28,978 nucleotides of DNA from a virus, in IMG/VR virus record IMGVR_UViG_3300020370_000023, positions 1 to 28,978 of that record; one strand, given 5' to 3'. The position numbers and the translations under genes are program-made. A model generated the notes under the pieces. It saw only the letters and a list, made by a program, of their open reading frames with translations. It had not been told where the DNA came from and did not search any database. Shown here one piece after another: positions 28,932 to 28,978 of this stretch (positions within the stretch are counted from its first letter, which is position 1; each line of letters opens with the position of its first letter).

Positions 28932-28978
28932 TCTTAATTAGTAGTTTTCATATATTTCTTGATTAGAGTGGTTTATGC
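28902..28978. repeat. Terminal overlap copy 2 (identical to nt 1-77)
   Basis: Exact 77-nt identity with the window start. Confidence 0.95.

Noticed and set aside
1-28978. A search by eye for tRNA/tmRNA genes, CRISPR repeats, integrase/att sites, reverse transcriptase with template/variable repeat pairs (DGR), toxin-antitoxin pairs and transposase/IS ends.
   Set aside because: No non-coding gap is long enough or GC-structured enough for a tRNA. There are no regularly spaced direct repeats beyond the 12-mers at 6979-7014. No ORF shows integrase (R..H..R..Y), RT (YxDD) or transposase (DDE) signatures. Apart from the terminal overlap and the short shared module at 25.4/26.4 kb, I saw no long internal duplicates.

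Overview
The window is one complete, circularly closed genome of a tailed dsDNA phage. Nt 1-77 are identical to nt 28902-28978, so the unit length is 28,901 nt. The sequence is visibly AT-rich, tightly packed, and every credible gene is on the + strand. Many genes overlap at ATGA/TAATG junctions, and several start on TTG or GTG. On the circle there are two blocks. The early/DNA-metabolism block (about 7.0-14.8 kb) holds small unknown ORFs, a DUF3127 OB-fold protein with an SSB-like tail, two HTH replication-initiation-type proteins, NinG- and NinB-like recombination proteins, a sigma-70-like factor, DUF3310 and a DNA methyltransferase. It encodes no polymerase, helicase or primase. The late block runs from 14.8 kb through the wrap to 6.9 kb: TerS-like, TerL, a tail-assembly-chaperone-like gene, tail/baseplate/fibre proteins, a tape-measure-like protein, an XkdF-type protease, scaffold, major capsid protein, a tube-like protein, a LamG-type fibre, a portal fused to a MuF-like domain, and a lysis cluster built around a DUF5675 protein. 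No integrase, tRNA, CRISPR array or reverse transcriptase is visible. The points most worth a second look are: (1) a bipartite motif CAAATAAATA-N9-TCTATTATAT(A/T)A present five times in front of late operons, in a genome that also encodes a sigma-like factor; (2) a textbook -1 frameshift signal (T_TTT_TTT, 9-nt spacer, 7-bp hairpin) that extends the chaperone-like ORF across an otherwise empty 162-nt gap; (3) a TerL whose Walker A box lies upstream of its first ATG, with no ATG/GTG/TTG available; (4) a roughly 60-70 aa C-terminal module shared by the prohead protease and a neighbouring Cys-rich protein; (5) a Cys-rich protein ending in a T9SS C-terminal-domain-like tail; (6) a candidate non-canonical endolysin (DUF5675) flanked by small membrane proteins. 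Promoter type (TAnnTTTG), A-rich Shine-Dalgarno-less leaders and gene content point to a Bacteroidota host. All functional calls rest on motif recognition by eye, not on database searches.
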